Source: Octopus bimaculoides (Eukaryota). From it: DNA of 64,000 nucleotides. The stretch lies in the NCBI RefSeq assembly GCF_001194135.2, contig NC_068992.1, positions 34,608,360 to 34,672,359 of the forward strand, in the 5' to 3' direction. Of this stretch, positions 1 through 12,887 are shown in pieces. The translations under genes were made by a program, and so were the position numbers. The first letter of the stretch is position 1; each line of letters starts with the position of its first letter. The notes beneath the pieces are model-generated. The model made no database searches. It saw only the letters and a program-made list of their open reading frames with translations, and had not been told where the DNA came from.

Positions 1-443
1 GAGGTGGTCATTGTGGAAGACATGTCTCAAATGAGAGAAGTTCCTATTTCTTCTTTGGTCCTTTTTGAGGTCTTCATTATGTGGGATGTGTCTCAGACAT
101 GGAGAGTTCCTATTTCTTCAAAGAAATCATTCACAAAGAAGTTAAGTCTGAGATGTGGAGGGTTCCTAGGGTGAGTGGGGTTTCTGTATCTTTGAGCGGG
201 GGGTGTTAAGGGTGCATTGGAATTTCCCATTTTGTGTCAATGATGAGTATTTGGTTGGTTATTCGACGGAACTCTAGTGAGGGTATTGGTTATTCTTTGT
301 TCTAGGTGGGCATTCAGGTATTTTTCTGGTAGTATAAAAGGCAATATGAAAGGTGAAGATATATTTAACCACATGATTTCCATAGGATTACAGCCATAGT
401 CACGTAATTCACTAAATTTATATCTTATATCATTCATTTATAT

Positions 444-974
444 TGGGGGTGGGGAAACTTTTTAGTGCAGTGGACAAAAATTTACAAAGAAAAAGGTCTG
501 CAGGCAGATCACAAGTTCTAACTCTTATATGTGTAGATCTTGGATATATCTATGTATAATTCGTTATACATTAATAAAAATAAGTTTAACACATTTTAAA
601 TTAATGCAAAACATCTTCATTGATGCCACTACTGAATTTAGGACATTTATATTACTTATGAGGTTTCTATATTTTTCAGTAAGAGTGTAGCTGGGTCTCA
701 AGGGGTTGGTACAAACCTAGCAATATGTGTTCTATAATGAAAACACTATTTCCGTTTAAATGGCAATTAGCAGACGATTTTCTGTTCGAGTCTAACCGTC
801 TTAAGTCATAGTGGAAACGTGACCTATGTCACAAATATGCATGCGAATATTGTATAAATTTCATAATCAAAAACTTAACTATATTTTGTACATACAAGTT
901 TATCCGCCTGTGGGTGAAATAAAATGGGCTTGTGGGCACAATTGCACGTGCGGGCGAGGTTTTCCTCACCCCTG
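444..974. mobile_element. hAT-type MITE with 8-bp TSD
   Basis: Ends TGGGGGTGGGGAAAC and GTTTTCCTCACCCCTG (imperfect TIR, CAGGGGTG-type). Exact ATTTATAT direct repeat at 436-443 and 975-982. Confidence 0.75.
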
Positions 975-1065
975 ATTTATATACACACAGACAGGCACAA
1001 CCACATGCACACATATATATATGTATAAGAATTTAGAATGACAAGGAAATAAACATGCTATAAAC

Positions 1066-1188
1066 TATCTTACACCTGTTTCTGCTATAAGAAGCAATGC
1101 ACTCATAGTTGAATGCTTGAGTAATACCTTCATCAGTACATCAAACATGAAGTGCATTGCATCTTATAGCAGAAACAGGTGTAAGATA
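1066..1188. mobile_element. Short foldback/MITE-like palindrome
   Basis: 38-bp arms (1066-1103 and 1151-1188) with 1 mismatch, TA at both ends. Confidence 0.7.
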
Positions 1189-2528
1189 ATGAACTTCATA
1201 ACATGATCATTTATTCTTTTGTCATTGTAGTTTCTTATTGCTGCTCTGTACTTGAATGATGCCTTTTTCTGAAACATATGTATATTGAGTGCTTACATCA
1301 TGTTACGAGAATCACTATGTCTAAGTGAAACATATATATATATATATGGTACTCCAGCATGACCGCAGCTGTATAACTGAAACAAATATATATATTCAAG
1401 TCATTATCATCATATAACACTTGTCTTCCATGCTGGCATGGGCTAGATGGTTTGATTAATTCCAGTTATAAATAACTGTTTGGCCACCAATTCTTCAAAA
1501 CATTTGTTTATGCACTATTATGAAGGTAGAAATACTATTCCTATATCTAACTGTAATAACATAAACATGCAAATGTTTAAAACTGAATCCAACACCAGTT
1601 GTTAACCACCCACTAATTAATGATTGATAATAGTTGGATAGAACAAGGTAAAATGTTATTAAATTCACAAATATTCCCTAAACAGAAATTAGCATTTCCA
1701 ATTGAATAAGTAACTCACAAATATGCTACAGCAATTGACTACTTCTTCATTCTGTCTCTCCTATTGCTACTGCTATAGATTTTGCTCTTCTGCATACCAC
1801 TGAAGAGCAAGTTAATAGATAACTTACTTTGATCATGGATATTAGTGTCCTAACATGAAAGAGGAACAAGTATATATATGACTTTCACAGGTGGGTTGGG
1901 GGGCATTGGAGCCAAGTGAGTAAGAGGTTAGCAAGTGGCTATATTTTGTTTTAGACATTTGCTCTTGCATATTATTATAGTCAAAATGTTGTCAGAAAAT
2001 TCTCAACTTTATAACATGTTTAAGAAAGGTGTATCATGAAGGTTTAGTGGGAAAATGTGATTAATAATAATAACATAGCTGCATTCTTCTAAGAATTTAC
2101 TTAGAACTAGTATTATATGACTTTTTAATCAGGCCAAATGGATAATTCTGCATGGGCCTGGAATCAAGCATGCTGAAAAACTTGTATATATTATATAACA
2201 CACGTGCAAATAAACACATATACATACACATGCATATATAAACTTATACACACACAACTCTCAGTGAAACAAGCATGAATGCAATCTGCTCAGGCTTAAC
2301 CATTATACATTTAAAATCAGTCTTTGGTGATCTTACCAATTATAACTGAATCCCCATCATTCTTTGTGACTTGCCATAAAGCACACAAACACCATAATAT
2401 CATTTCCAACATCTTCATAATGAGGCCAGGAAGGTTTTAGAATGTTAATAGACTAATTGTTTCAGGCTTACATTTATAAACATAAATGACTAGGAAAACT
2501 AAGTACAAACTCCTTCGTAAATTCCCAA

Positions 2529-2596
<68 letters not shown>

Positions 2597-2599
<3 letters not shown>

Positions 2600-4540
2600 A
2601 AGTTGGTAGATCAGGTAATGAAAGTCACAGAGAAAGTCATAGCCCAACTAATTAGGGAGAGAGTCAGTTTAGATGAGATGCAGTTTGGGTTTGTGCCAGT
2701 GAAAAGCACCACTGATGCTATATTTCTGGTAAGACAGCTGCAGGAGAAATACCTAGCCAAGGATAAACCTCTGTACCTGACTTTCGTTGACATGGAGAAA
2801 GCCTTTGACAGGGTCCCCCGATCCCTTATCTGGTGGTCAATGAGGAAACTAGGGATAGAAGAATGGTTAGTGAGAGCTGTGTAAGCCATGTACAGAGACG
2901 CTGTCAGTAAGGTGAGGGTTGACAATGAGTACAGTGAAGGATTCCGGGTAGAGGTAAGGGTCCACCAAGGTTCAGTCCTCAGCTCCCTCCTATTTATCAT
3001 ATTCCTCCAGGCGATAACAGAGGAATTCAAGACAGGATGCCCCTGGGAGCTCCTCTATGCTGATGACCTTGCACTAATTGCTGAGTTACTATCAGAACTA
3101 GAGGAGAAGTTTCAGGTGTGGAAGCAAGGACTTGAATCGAAGGGCCTTAGAGTCAACCTAGCTAAAACCAAAGTCCTAATAAGTAGGAAGGTAGACAAAA
3201 CACAAACCTCTTCAGGTAGATGGCCCTGCTCGATCTGTAGAAATGGCGTAGGTAGAAACTTTATAAGATGTACCCAGTGTAAGCTATGGACACATAAGAG
3301 NNNNNNNNNNNNNNNNNNNNNNNNNNNNNNNNNNNNNNNNNNNNNNNNNNNNNNNNNNNNNNNNNNNNNNNNNNNNNNNNNNNNNNNNNNNNNNNNNNNN
3401 NNNNNNNNNNNNNNNNNNNNNNNNNNNNNNNNNNNNNNNNNNNNNNNNNNNNNNNNNNNNNNNNNNNNNNNNNNNNNNNNNNNNNNNNNNNNNNNNNNNN
3501 NNNNNNNNNNNNNNNNNNNNNNNNNNNNNNNNNNNNNNNNNNNNNNNNNNNNNNNNNNNNNNNNNNNNNNNNNNNNNNNNNNNNNNNNNNNNNNNNNNNN
3601 NNNNNNNNNNNNNNNNNNNNNNNNNNNNNNNNNNNNNNNNNNNNNNNNNNNNNNNNNNNNNNNNNNNNNNNNNNNNNNNNNNNNNNNNNNNNNNNNNNNN
3701 NNNNNNNNNNNNNNNNNNNNNNNNNNNNNNNNNNNNNNNNNNNNNNNNNNNNNNNNNNNNNNNNNNNNNNNNNNNNNNNNNNNNNNNNNNNNNNNNNNNN
3801 NNNNNNNNNNNNNNNNNNNNNNNNNNNNNNNNNNNNNNNNNNNNNNNNNNNNNNNNNNNNNNNNNNNNNNNNNNNNNNNNNNNNNNNNNNNNNNNNNNNN
3901 NNNNNNNNNNNNNNNNNNNNNNNNNNNNNNNNNNNNNNNNNNNNNNNNNNNNNNNNNNNNNNNNNNNNNNNNNNNNNNNNNNNNNNNNNNNNNNNNNNNN
4001 NNNNNNNNNNNNNNNNNNNNNNNNNNNNNNNNNNCAAGAATGGATGAAGATAGCTGTGTGAAAATGTGCCACACCCTAGCAGTTGAGGGAACCTGTGGAA
4101 GAGGTAGACCCAGGAAGACCTGGGATGAGGTGGTGAGGCACGACCTCCAAACATTGGGCCTTACCGAGGCGATGACTTATGACCGAGACCTTTGGAAATA
4201 TGCTGTGCATGAGAAGACCTGGCAAGCCAAGTGAGACCTAAATCCAAGGCCTCTGCCAGGGGTGTAGCCAGCCCACTTATGCGTACCTTCCTTCATTGGA
4301 CACTAAACTCTGTTTGCAAAGACCTGTTGAGGCAAATGAAATCGATCCAAATTTGACGACAGGCACCCATGCCAACCTCTTCTTCACTAGACTCTAAACT
4401 CGGCTTGCGAAGACCTGTTGGGGCAAGTGAAATTGAAATTGTGATTGAACCAAATTCGATGACCGGCACCTGTGCTAGTGGAGCGCTAAGATCATCGTCC
4501 GAGCGTGATCATTGCCAGAGCAGCTGTCTGGTTTCCGTGC
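2597..4540 (+). mobile_element. RTE-clade LINE fragment (RT, C-terminus, repetitive 3' UTR), interrupted by gap 3301-4034
   Basis: QFGFVP..STTDAIFLVRQLQEK, FVDMEKAFDRVPR, VHQGSVLSSLLF, LYADD motifs; C-terminal GRGRPRKTW; stop codon near 2882. Confidence 0.93.
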
Positions 4541-5710
4541 ACAACACCAATGTCATCATTGATTTCAGCAAAGCCTTTAGCAGGGTTGATCATAAGATTC
4601 TCTTGAAAAAACTATCCAACATTGGCATCTCAGGAAAGTTACTACAATGGATCAAGTGTTTCCTGATGGACACAACCCAAAATGTTGTAGTTGAAGGAGT
4701 AGAATCAAGCCTAGCCAAAGTCAGTAGTGGCATTCCACAAGGCACAATGTTGGACCCACTTCTTTTCATTATCTACATCAATGACATTGGTGACATCATC
4801 AAGCACAGCAACATAAGAATCTTTGCAGATGATTCCAAGATCCAGACGGTCATCAATAAAGTGGGTGACTATACATGTCTTCAGTCAAATCTACTGGCTG
4901 TTATCCAATGGTCATAAAAGAATAATATGCTGCCGAACAAGCACAAATTTGAGTTAATCCACCTCAGAAAAGACAATACCCTGAAACTTCCAGATACCCT
5001 TCCTTCAAACGAAACTTCTATGGCATCCATCAACATCAGAGACTTGGGAATAATTGTGGACAACAATATAAGCTGGGCCACTCATATAAACAGCAAAATT
5101 GACATGTCCTGCAGAATGTGCTCCTGGATTCTCAGAACCTTCCAGTCGAAAGATATCCAGACCATTATCCTTCTCTTCTCCACTTTTGCCCGACCCCACC
5201 TTGAATACTGTTGTCCACTGTGGTCTCCCCACATGAAACAAAGTATCATGAAGGTTGAAGCATCTCAAAGGTCAATTACTAAAAAGATACATGGTATGAT
5301 AGGTCTTGACTATTGCGGTCATCTAGAAAAGCTCAAGTTTTATTCTCTCCAACACCGCTGTGAGCACTACATCATCTGCCTGATGTGGAAAATATTCCAT
5401 TAGCATTGCCCAAATGATGTTGGCATCACCTTTAAGATACAACCAAAACTTGGGCCCCAAACTATCCACCAATGACATGAATCATACTCGTATCACATAA
5501 CAACAATATGGCACAATTATTTCATCTCAGTTGTCCCTGCTCTCTTTAACATTAGACCAAAACACATTAATGCAGAAACAGACCCCATAGAGTTCAAGAA
5601 GTCTTTGAACAAATTCATTCAAGAAATCCTGGATAAACCTCCTACACCCAGATATGTGTCCGTAAACAATAACTCTCCACTTGAGTCGGCCATGTTGTCT
5701 GATTAATGAT
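4541..5710 (+). mobile_element. CR1/L2-group LINE RT fragment, decayed
   Basis: IDFSKAFSRVDH, SGIPQGTMLDPLLFIIYIND, IFADDSKI, RDLGIIVD, RPHLEYCCPLWSPH across two frames. Confidence 0.88.
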
Positions 5711-5768
5711 TTGAATGACTTGCCAATACTGGCCAAAACCTATCAAAGTATCAAATAATATATATATA

Positions 5769-5939
5769 GGCGCAGGAGTGGCTGTGTGGTAAGTAGCTTG
5801 CTTACCAACCACATGGTTCCGGGTTCAGTCCCACTGCGTAACACCTTGGGCAAGTGTCTTCTACTATAGCCTCAGGCCAACTAAAGCATTGAGAGTGGAT
5901 TTGGTAGACGGAAACTGAAAGAAGCCTATCGTATATATG

Positions 5940-5982
<43 letters not shown>

Positions 5983-6193
5983 TTGTGTGTCTGTGTTTGT
6001 CCCCCCAACATCGCTTGACAACTGATGCTGGTGTGTTCATGTCCCCGTAACTTGCGGTTCGGCAAAACGAGACCGATAGAATAAGTACTAGGCTTCCAAA
6101 GAATAAGTCCTGGGGTCGATTTGCTCGACTAAAGGCGGTGCTCCAGCATGGCCGCAGTCAAATGACGGAAACAAGTAAAAGAGTAAAAAAGTA
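5769..6193 (+). mobile_element. tRNA-derived SINE family A, near full length, internal (TA/TG)n
   Basis: Head GGAGTGGCTGTGTGGTAAG with B-box-like GGTTCAGTCCC; tail TGACGGAAACAAGTAAAAGA. More than 10 related copies in the window. Confidence 0.88.
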
Positions 6194-6428
6194 NNNNNNN
6201 NNNNNNNNNNNNNNNNNNNNNNNNNNNNNNNNNNNNNNNNNNNNNNNNNNNNNNNNNNNNNNNNNNNNNNNNNNNNNNNNNNNNNNNNNNNNNNNNNNNN
6301 NNNNNNNNNNNNNNNNNNNNNNNNNNNNNNNNNNNNNNNNNNNNNNNNNNNNNNNNNNNNNNNNNNNNNNNNNNNNNNNNNNNNNNNNNNNNNNNNNNNN
6401 NNNNNNNNNNNNNNNNNNNNNNNNNNNN

Positions 6429-6510
6429 TTTCAGTTTCCATCTACCAAATCCACTCACAAGTCTTTGGTCAACCCAAATCAATAGTAGAAGACACTTACC
6501 CAAGATGCCA
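6429..6510 (-). mobile_element. SINE family A fragment
   Basis: TTTCAGTTTCCATCTACCAAATCCACTCACAAG is the reverse complement of the family A core. Confidence 0.75.
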
Positions 6511-7019
6511 GCTGCCAACACATCTTATGCCCATCTCCTATGCTTAGACTGTCACTTTATACACGCCAGCTCAATTTGATTCGTCCTCAGTTGAAAGACA
6601 ACTCTTGATATATTCTTGTTGTTTGTATTTGTAATTGTGTACCATGTTCTCTATTTTTTGTCTTTGTTGCTGTACACATTCACTAGATTTCTTACAAAAC
6701 ATTTAATACTCTTAGCTTCAACTTTTGATGGTGGGGCAACCAGAGTGAACATTGTTAATTTTCGTAAAAAAATTTTTTATTTCTTTATGCTTTGAAGAGA
6801 GCAAAAATTGAAAGAGAGGAGAAAGTGAAAGGCAACATTTGCTTTGAAGTGAAAACAAAAAGTGAAAGAGAGGAGAAAGTGAAAGATGTATGGATGTGTA
6901 TGTTTGCATGTGTGCGTCAGAGAGAGAGAGAGAGAGAGAGAGAGGGAGTCAAGGTTTGTGTTGTCATGTATGTATTTTTTTTTGCACTACAAGCACCGCC
7001 CCTGTATTAATATTAATAT

Positions 7020-7560
7020 AAGTATCTATGGGTATAGGTATGTGTGTATGTATATGCACATGTAGATGTATCTACATGTGTTGTTGATGTTATTGTTGTT
7101 GGTTTTTATTACTATAAATACTCCTCCTGTGTGTATTCACCTGCATATCCATTTGCTTGTTAGTACATACGTGGGTGTATGTACGTGTATGTGCATATGT
7201 GGGTGTGTATATGTATATACATATATATATATGTGTGTATATATATATGTGTGTGTGTATATATATATGTGTGTGTGTATATGTATGTATGTGTATATGT
7301 ATAAGTGTGTATGTAGGTGGGTATGTAGTTGTGTACATACGGATGTACTGATTGTTGGTTACACAGTTGTGTATGTATGCATATGTATGGGTGTATGTGA
7401 GGGAACATAATTTGTATAGGGGAGTATATATGGGTGTGTATATGTATGTACAGATATGCATATATAGACGGGTGTATGGAGAAATGTGTATGTATACATA
7501 TGTATGTAGATGTGTGTATCAGCTTATGTCTATGTGTGTGTGTGCGGGCAAATGTGTGTA
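7020..7560. repeat. Degenerate (TA/TG)n low-complexity tract
   Basis: Direct inspection; this tract produces the spurious Y/I/H/T-rich ORFs in the track. Confidence 0.9.
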
Positions 7561-8194
7561 TGTATGTCCGTACATCAGTATGTGTGAACCTGGGTACCTA
7601 CAATCATCCATGAAACTGTTGTGTGCCTGTGGAGATATATACACGTGGACATATATGCATGTGTGTATGCACATTTCGAGTATATAGGAGAATATGGGGG
7701 CGACAGCCTTACGCATACTAGGGCCTCTGGTACTCAGCGATATTCTGCCAGGATTCGGACGGTCTTATTCATCGTTTGTCTGTTGGATCGATTATTATCT
7801 ACTTATCTACCCATCTAAACCAATGTATTAATTAACCAGCCAGCGATATCGCATACGGTGGGGTATTCATGCTGGTGGTGGCAGCAATAGCAATGACAAC
7901 TATTTATTCATTCATTTACTCAATTATGTAAGCCAACGATAGCTAGGTAGGGTACTTAACCTTAGGGCTATACCCTTTCATTATTATCCCTATAGTAATT
8001 AACGCCCCTTGTTTTAACCGAACTGTGGAAACAATAAAATACAATCACACGTAAATTCACTAAATCCACAAATAACCACCATAATGGCTCACTTTGAGTG
8101 TATCAACTTTGAGTAGGATACTTCTTAGCATATATATATGGGTGAGTGTGTGTGTATGTGTGCATATATTTGTGTATGTGTGTGTATATATATA

Positions 8195-8230
<36 letters not shown>

Positions 8231-8642
8231 AGTATGTGTATGTGTATGTATATATATATATATATATATATGTATATGTGGATGTGTGTGTATGCGTGTA
8301 TATCTATATGTATATACATAAGGATGGTGATTTTTTATTTATTTATTTATTTATTCTTATTATTACTATTATTTTTATCTGCTTATAGTCTTCTTAAAAG
8401 TCTACTAATTTAATTCTATTGCCATTACATTAATATTTCTATCCCCACTATTTGAGTATAAAGTTGAATTAAGAGATGTGTGCTTGCGCACGTGCATGTG
8501 TAAATACATTTATGTACGCATGAGTATGAATATGGGGAGATATACATAGCACGCGTGTGTGTGTGTGAGGGTGTACGTAAGCAAGCTAGTACTAGCCTCT
8601 TGACCGGTTAGTGTCTATCCAACCGTAGCTAAGCTTAGACAG

Positions 8643-8717
8643 TGGATCTTTTTGGTTTGACGGGCAACATTTTTTTATGTAGTGTTTTTGGTACCGCCGT
8701 CAAACCAAAAAGATCCA
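8643..8717. mobile_element. Miniature inverted-repeat element with perfect 21-bp arms
   Basis: TGGATCTTTTTGGTTTGACGG (8643-8663) and its exact reverse complement (8697-8717), 33-nt spacer. No TSD seen. Confidence 0.7.
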
Positions 8718-8944
8718 ATTAAATTAATGAATTCAACGGGATACACTGTCTGCAAGTAGTTGGGTTCAGCATATTATCCTCCATTTTCTAATTGATATAC
8801 AAATTTGGGGTAACCCCCCCCCTTTACCCGCTCCCATTTATTGCACTTGGTATAACACTAGGGTAGCAATAATTGGGTACCCTCCCAGCAGTATATTCGA
8901 TAGATATTATCCCCTAGTGGGTTGAACCCTCAACCCCTAACTCT

Positions 8945-10395
8945 CGCATTATATCATCATCGTTTAACGTCCGCTTTCCATGCTAGCATGGGTTGGACGA
9001 TTTGACTGAGGACTGGTGAAACCGGATGGCAACACCAGGCTCCAATCTAATTTGACAGTTTCTACAGCTGGATGCCCTTCCTAACGCCAACCACTCAGAG
9101 AGTGTAGTGGGTGCTTTTACTTGTCACCCGCACGAAAACGGCCACGCTCAAAATGGTGTCTTTTATGTGTCACCCGCACAAGAGCCAGTCCAGGGGCCCT
9201 GGCAATGATCTCACTTGGCTTGCCGGGTCTTCTCACGCACAGCACNNNNNNNNNNNNNNNNNNNNNNNNNNNNNNNNNNNNNNNNNNNNNNNNNNNNNNN
9301 NNNNNNNNNNNNNNNNNNNNNNNNNNNNNNNNNNNNNNNNNNNNNNNNNNNNNNNNNNNNNNNNNNNNNNNNNNNNNNNNNNNNNNNNNNNNNNNNNNNN
9401 NNNNNNNNNNNNNNNNNNNNNNNNNNNNNNNNNNNNNNNNNNNNNNNNNNNNNNNNNNNNNNNNNNNNNNNNNNNNNNNNNNNNNNNNNNNNNNNNNNNN
9501 NNNNNNNNNNNNNNNNNNNNNNNNNNNNNNNNNNNNNNNNNNNNNNNNNNNNNNNNNNNNNNNNNNNNNNNNNNNNNNNNNNNNNNNNNNNNNNNNNNNN
9601 NNNNNNNNNNNNNNNNNNNNNNNNNNNNNNNNNNNNNNNNNNNNNNNNNNNNNNNNNNNNNNNNNNNNNNNNNNNNNNNNNNNNNNNNNNNNNNNNNNNN
9701 NNNNNNNNNNNNNNNNNNNNNNNNNNNNNNNNNNNNNNNNNNNNNNNNNNNNNNNNNNNNNNNNNNNNNNNNNNNNNNNNNNNNNNNNNNNNNNNNNNNN
9801 NNNNNNNNNNNNNNNNNNNNNNNNNNNNNNNNNNNNNNNNNNNNNNNNNNNNNNNNNNNNNNNNNNNNNNNNNNNNNNNNNNNNNNNNNNNNNNNNNNNN
9901 NNNNNNNNNNNNNNNNNNNNNNNNNNNNNNNNNNNNNNNNNNNNNNNNNNNNNNNNNNNNNNNNNNNNNNNNNNNNNNNNNNNNNNNNNNNNNNNNNNNN
10001 NNNNNNNNNNNNNNNNNNNNNNNNNNNNNNNNNNNNNNNNNNNNNNNNNNNNNNNNNNNNNNNNNNNNNNNNNNNNNNNNNNNNNNNNNNNNNNNNNNNN
10101 NNNNNNNNNNNNNNNNNNNNNNNNNNNNNNNNNNNNNNNNNNNNNNNNNNNNNNNNNNNCATTTTGGTTTTTGCTAGGTTGACTCTAAGGCCGTTCGATT
10201 CTAGTCCTTGCTTCCACACTTGAAACTTCTCCTCTAGTTCTGATAGTGACTCAGCAATTAGTGCAAGGTCATCAGCATAGAGGAGCTCCCAGGGGCAACC
10301 TGTCTTGAATTCCTCTGTGATCGCCTGGAGGACTATGATAAATAGGAGGTGGCTGAGGACCGAACCTTGGTTGACCCTTACCTCTACCTCTGTAT
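8945..10395 (-). mobile_element. RTE-clade LINE, 5' truncated, gap 9246-10159
   Basis: VNQGSVLSHLLF..LYADD at 10160-10395; (GAT)n tail and family 3' UTR at 8945-9245; same family as 2597-4540. Confidence 0.92.
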
Positions 10396-10404
10396 GTATA
10401 TATA

Positions 10405-10624
10405 TGTAGCAATCCCTCGCCATATTGTGGTCACCTATTGTGCTTTATTATTTAAGCTTACGTTGATGCCTCTGTGGTATTCTCTTGCATTTATAATAAA
10501 ATAAATATTTACAAATAAAAATAATTCAAAAAAATATACAGTACAGTATTGTTTCTACTTTGCAGATTTTCACCTATTGCAGGGGGTTGGAATATAGCAC
10601 TCACAATAGTCGAGTGGTTACTGT
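10405..10624. mobile_element. pogo/Tigger-like MITE relic
   Basis: Left TATGTAGCAATCCCTCG and right TCGAGTGGTTACTGTA form a degenerate CAGTAATCCCTCG-type TIR with TA ends. Confidence 0.5.
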
Positions 10625-11608
10625 ATGTATATATAAACCGAGATGGTTTTTGTTGGTACTAAATTCTAGGTTGGTTCTAATTCAGTGGCCTTAAAGTAAA
10701 AGCATTCTTTTTTTCCATCCTGTAATTTTGTATATCTTGGAAGAACTTTTTCAGATGTGTCCTTATTTTATGACATGACAATTGTTTGCAGATGGACTCA
10801 GTACACTCATTGATACATAACTCTTGAGTAATTGTTATAGCTGATATTGAATTGTAGGCAAGAAGCATGGAAACATTCTTGTGCTTGTTTCTAATTTTAT
10901 TATGGCTGAATTTGAAAGTCTCCGCCTTTTGATATTAGGTTTGTTTCAGTAATTAGGAAATGGTTTTCTCATAGCATTTGTGATTAGTTTATTACAAGAA
11001 TGTAAAGGTTTTTGAATGTTTTATTATATTTTGTTATTGATATAGTTCCTAAACAAACTAACCGATGAAAATATGCACATAGCAAATTAGGAGACAGAAA
11101 ACCTATATGTGAAAATTTAACATCCACAGAAAAAAAAAAATCATAAATTACTGATAAAAAATATCCATTAAATAATATTGTCACAACAATATTTAATGAG
11201 CAGAAACTTTTACACTAGGATTTTGGATATTATTTATTTTCTAAAATAACATTAGAGCTGGAAGAACTAAAGAAAGGAAAAACTCTCTTCTACATAACTT
11301 TAGCAAATGACTTATTTTTTCCCTATTATGGGCCACTTTTATTTGATTGAATTTTCCTACAAAATCCAGGCCTTTGAAAAGTCTATCTATTCAATAAAGT
11401 GATTTTATTAACTTACCACAAAGTTATTTTCCCAAATTGATAATTATACATTTACAGTGGCCTTCAAATTTTAAAAGCAGCTCACAGACCCTCAAGACTA
11501 CATTTGTAGAGAAACCAGAGATTTGAGAACCCCAGGTTTAGGAGCCATTTCATACAAATAATGTAAGAAATAAAGTAGAAATACTGTAAGAATATTAAAA
11601 ATATATTA

Positions 11609-12887
11609 GGAGGGTTGGCTGACAGGTTCATAGGCTGACCAAGGTTCCCTCATGGAATATGACCAAATGAGGTTTACATTTTAACATAGTTCTTTTTGCA
11701 AACCACACACTTCTTCTACCGGTGTTGCAGTGCTTCGATCCCTTTTGGTGAAGAAGCTTTCATCCTGCTGATAAAAGAATTTCATCAACAGCAGATATGA
11801 CATCATTATCACTGTGATACTGGTTCCCAGCCAAGTTTTTTATATGTTAGGGAACATATAATAATCAGATGGGGGCCAAATCAAGAGAATAATGTTTTCA
11901 TCAACCAGTTCAAAGCCACAGCCACACACAGCAGCCATTGAAACCAAGGACCTGTGTGCTGGAACATTGTCCTGATAAAACAAAACACCTTTCTTCAGTT
12001 TTCCTGGGTATTTGGTCGTGATAGCCTTTCGTAACTGCCTCAGCAAGTTGATATAGTACTCTTCATTGATGATGTGGCCCTTCTGAAGATAGTCAATAAA
12101 TACGATGCCTTTTGTATCCCCCAAAACTGATATTCACCTTTCCTGCAGATGAAACAACCTAGGCCTTCTTTGGAGAAGGTGAGGAGGGATATTTCCACTG
12201 CATGGATAGTCTCTTTGTCTTTGGCTCAAAGTGATGAAGCCAACGATCACACTGGATTAGAAAACATGCATGGAAACCAGCTGGATCTGCCTCAAACAAT
12301 GTCAGATTTTTCCATGATGTAATCAGCCTGGGGTGCTTTTAATAAGGTGTCAGATGTAACACCCACCAAACAGAAACCTTCATCATGCCAACTTCATTGT
12401 GCAGAATATTCTCAACTTTCTCAAGGGATATGCTAATAGCATTGGCTTTTTGATTTATAGTCAATCATCCATCGTCCATTATCATGTGGTGAATATGATT
12501 AGTATTTTCCAAAGCGAAGGCAGTTGCAGGATATCTTGACATAGGGTCATCTTCAAGATTATTCCTTCCCCTCCTAAATTCAGTTGCCCACTTTTACACT
12601 GTTGATAAAGCTGGAGTGGATGTAGCAATCATGTCAGCATGTATGTCCTTGGGGGCCCCTTTTTCTTGGGGTACTTGAAAACACCACAATGCCAAAATTT
12701 GTCCATTTTCAAGGGAAGTTTACTACCAGTTACTTTTTAAGTCCCCTTTGAACAGTCAGATGTCAGTTTGTCTGAAAAGAAACAATGCAGTTATTAATGA
12801 GAAGAATTGAAAATAATGCATGCAAGATTACACAGCTGTAGCGTCACTCCTTCATAATCAGCCTATGAATGTTTCAACCTACCCTCC
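11609..12887 (-). mobile_element. Full-length but inactivated mariner (Tc1/mariner DD34D) transposon
   Basis: About 30-bp imperfect TIRs (GGAGGGTTGGCTGACAGGTTCATAGGCTGA / TCAGCCTATGAATGTTTCAACCTACCCTCC), TA TSDs, 1279 bp. Peptide KGIVFIDYLQKGHIINEEYY..QDNVPAH. Confidence 0.93.

Noticed and set aside
1-440. 66-aa minus ORF and a short internal repeat AGTTCCTATTTCTTC
   Set aside because: No recognisable domain; truncated by the window edge.
1100-1140. CTGATGAAGG..GAAACAGGTGTA on minus inside the hairpin
   Set aside because: No stem I pairing and no proper stem II.
2888-10423. Long ORFs of 260-450 aa in the track (also at 60740-61656)
   Set aside because: They run through N-gaps; only the flanking RTE residues are real.
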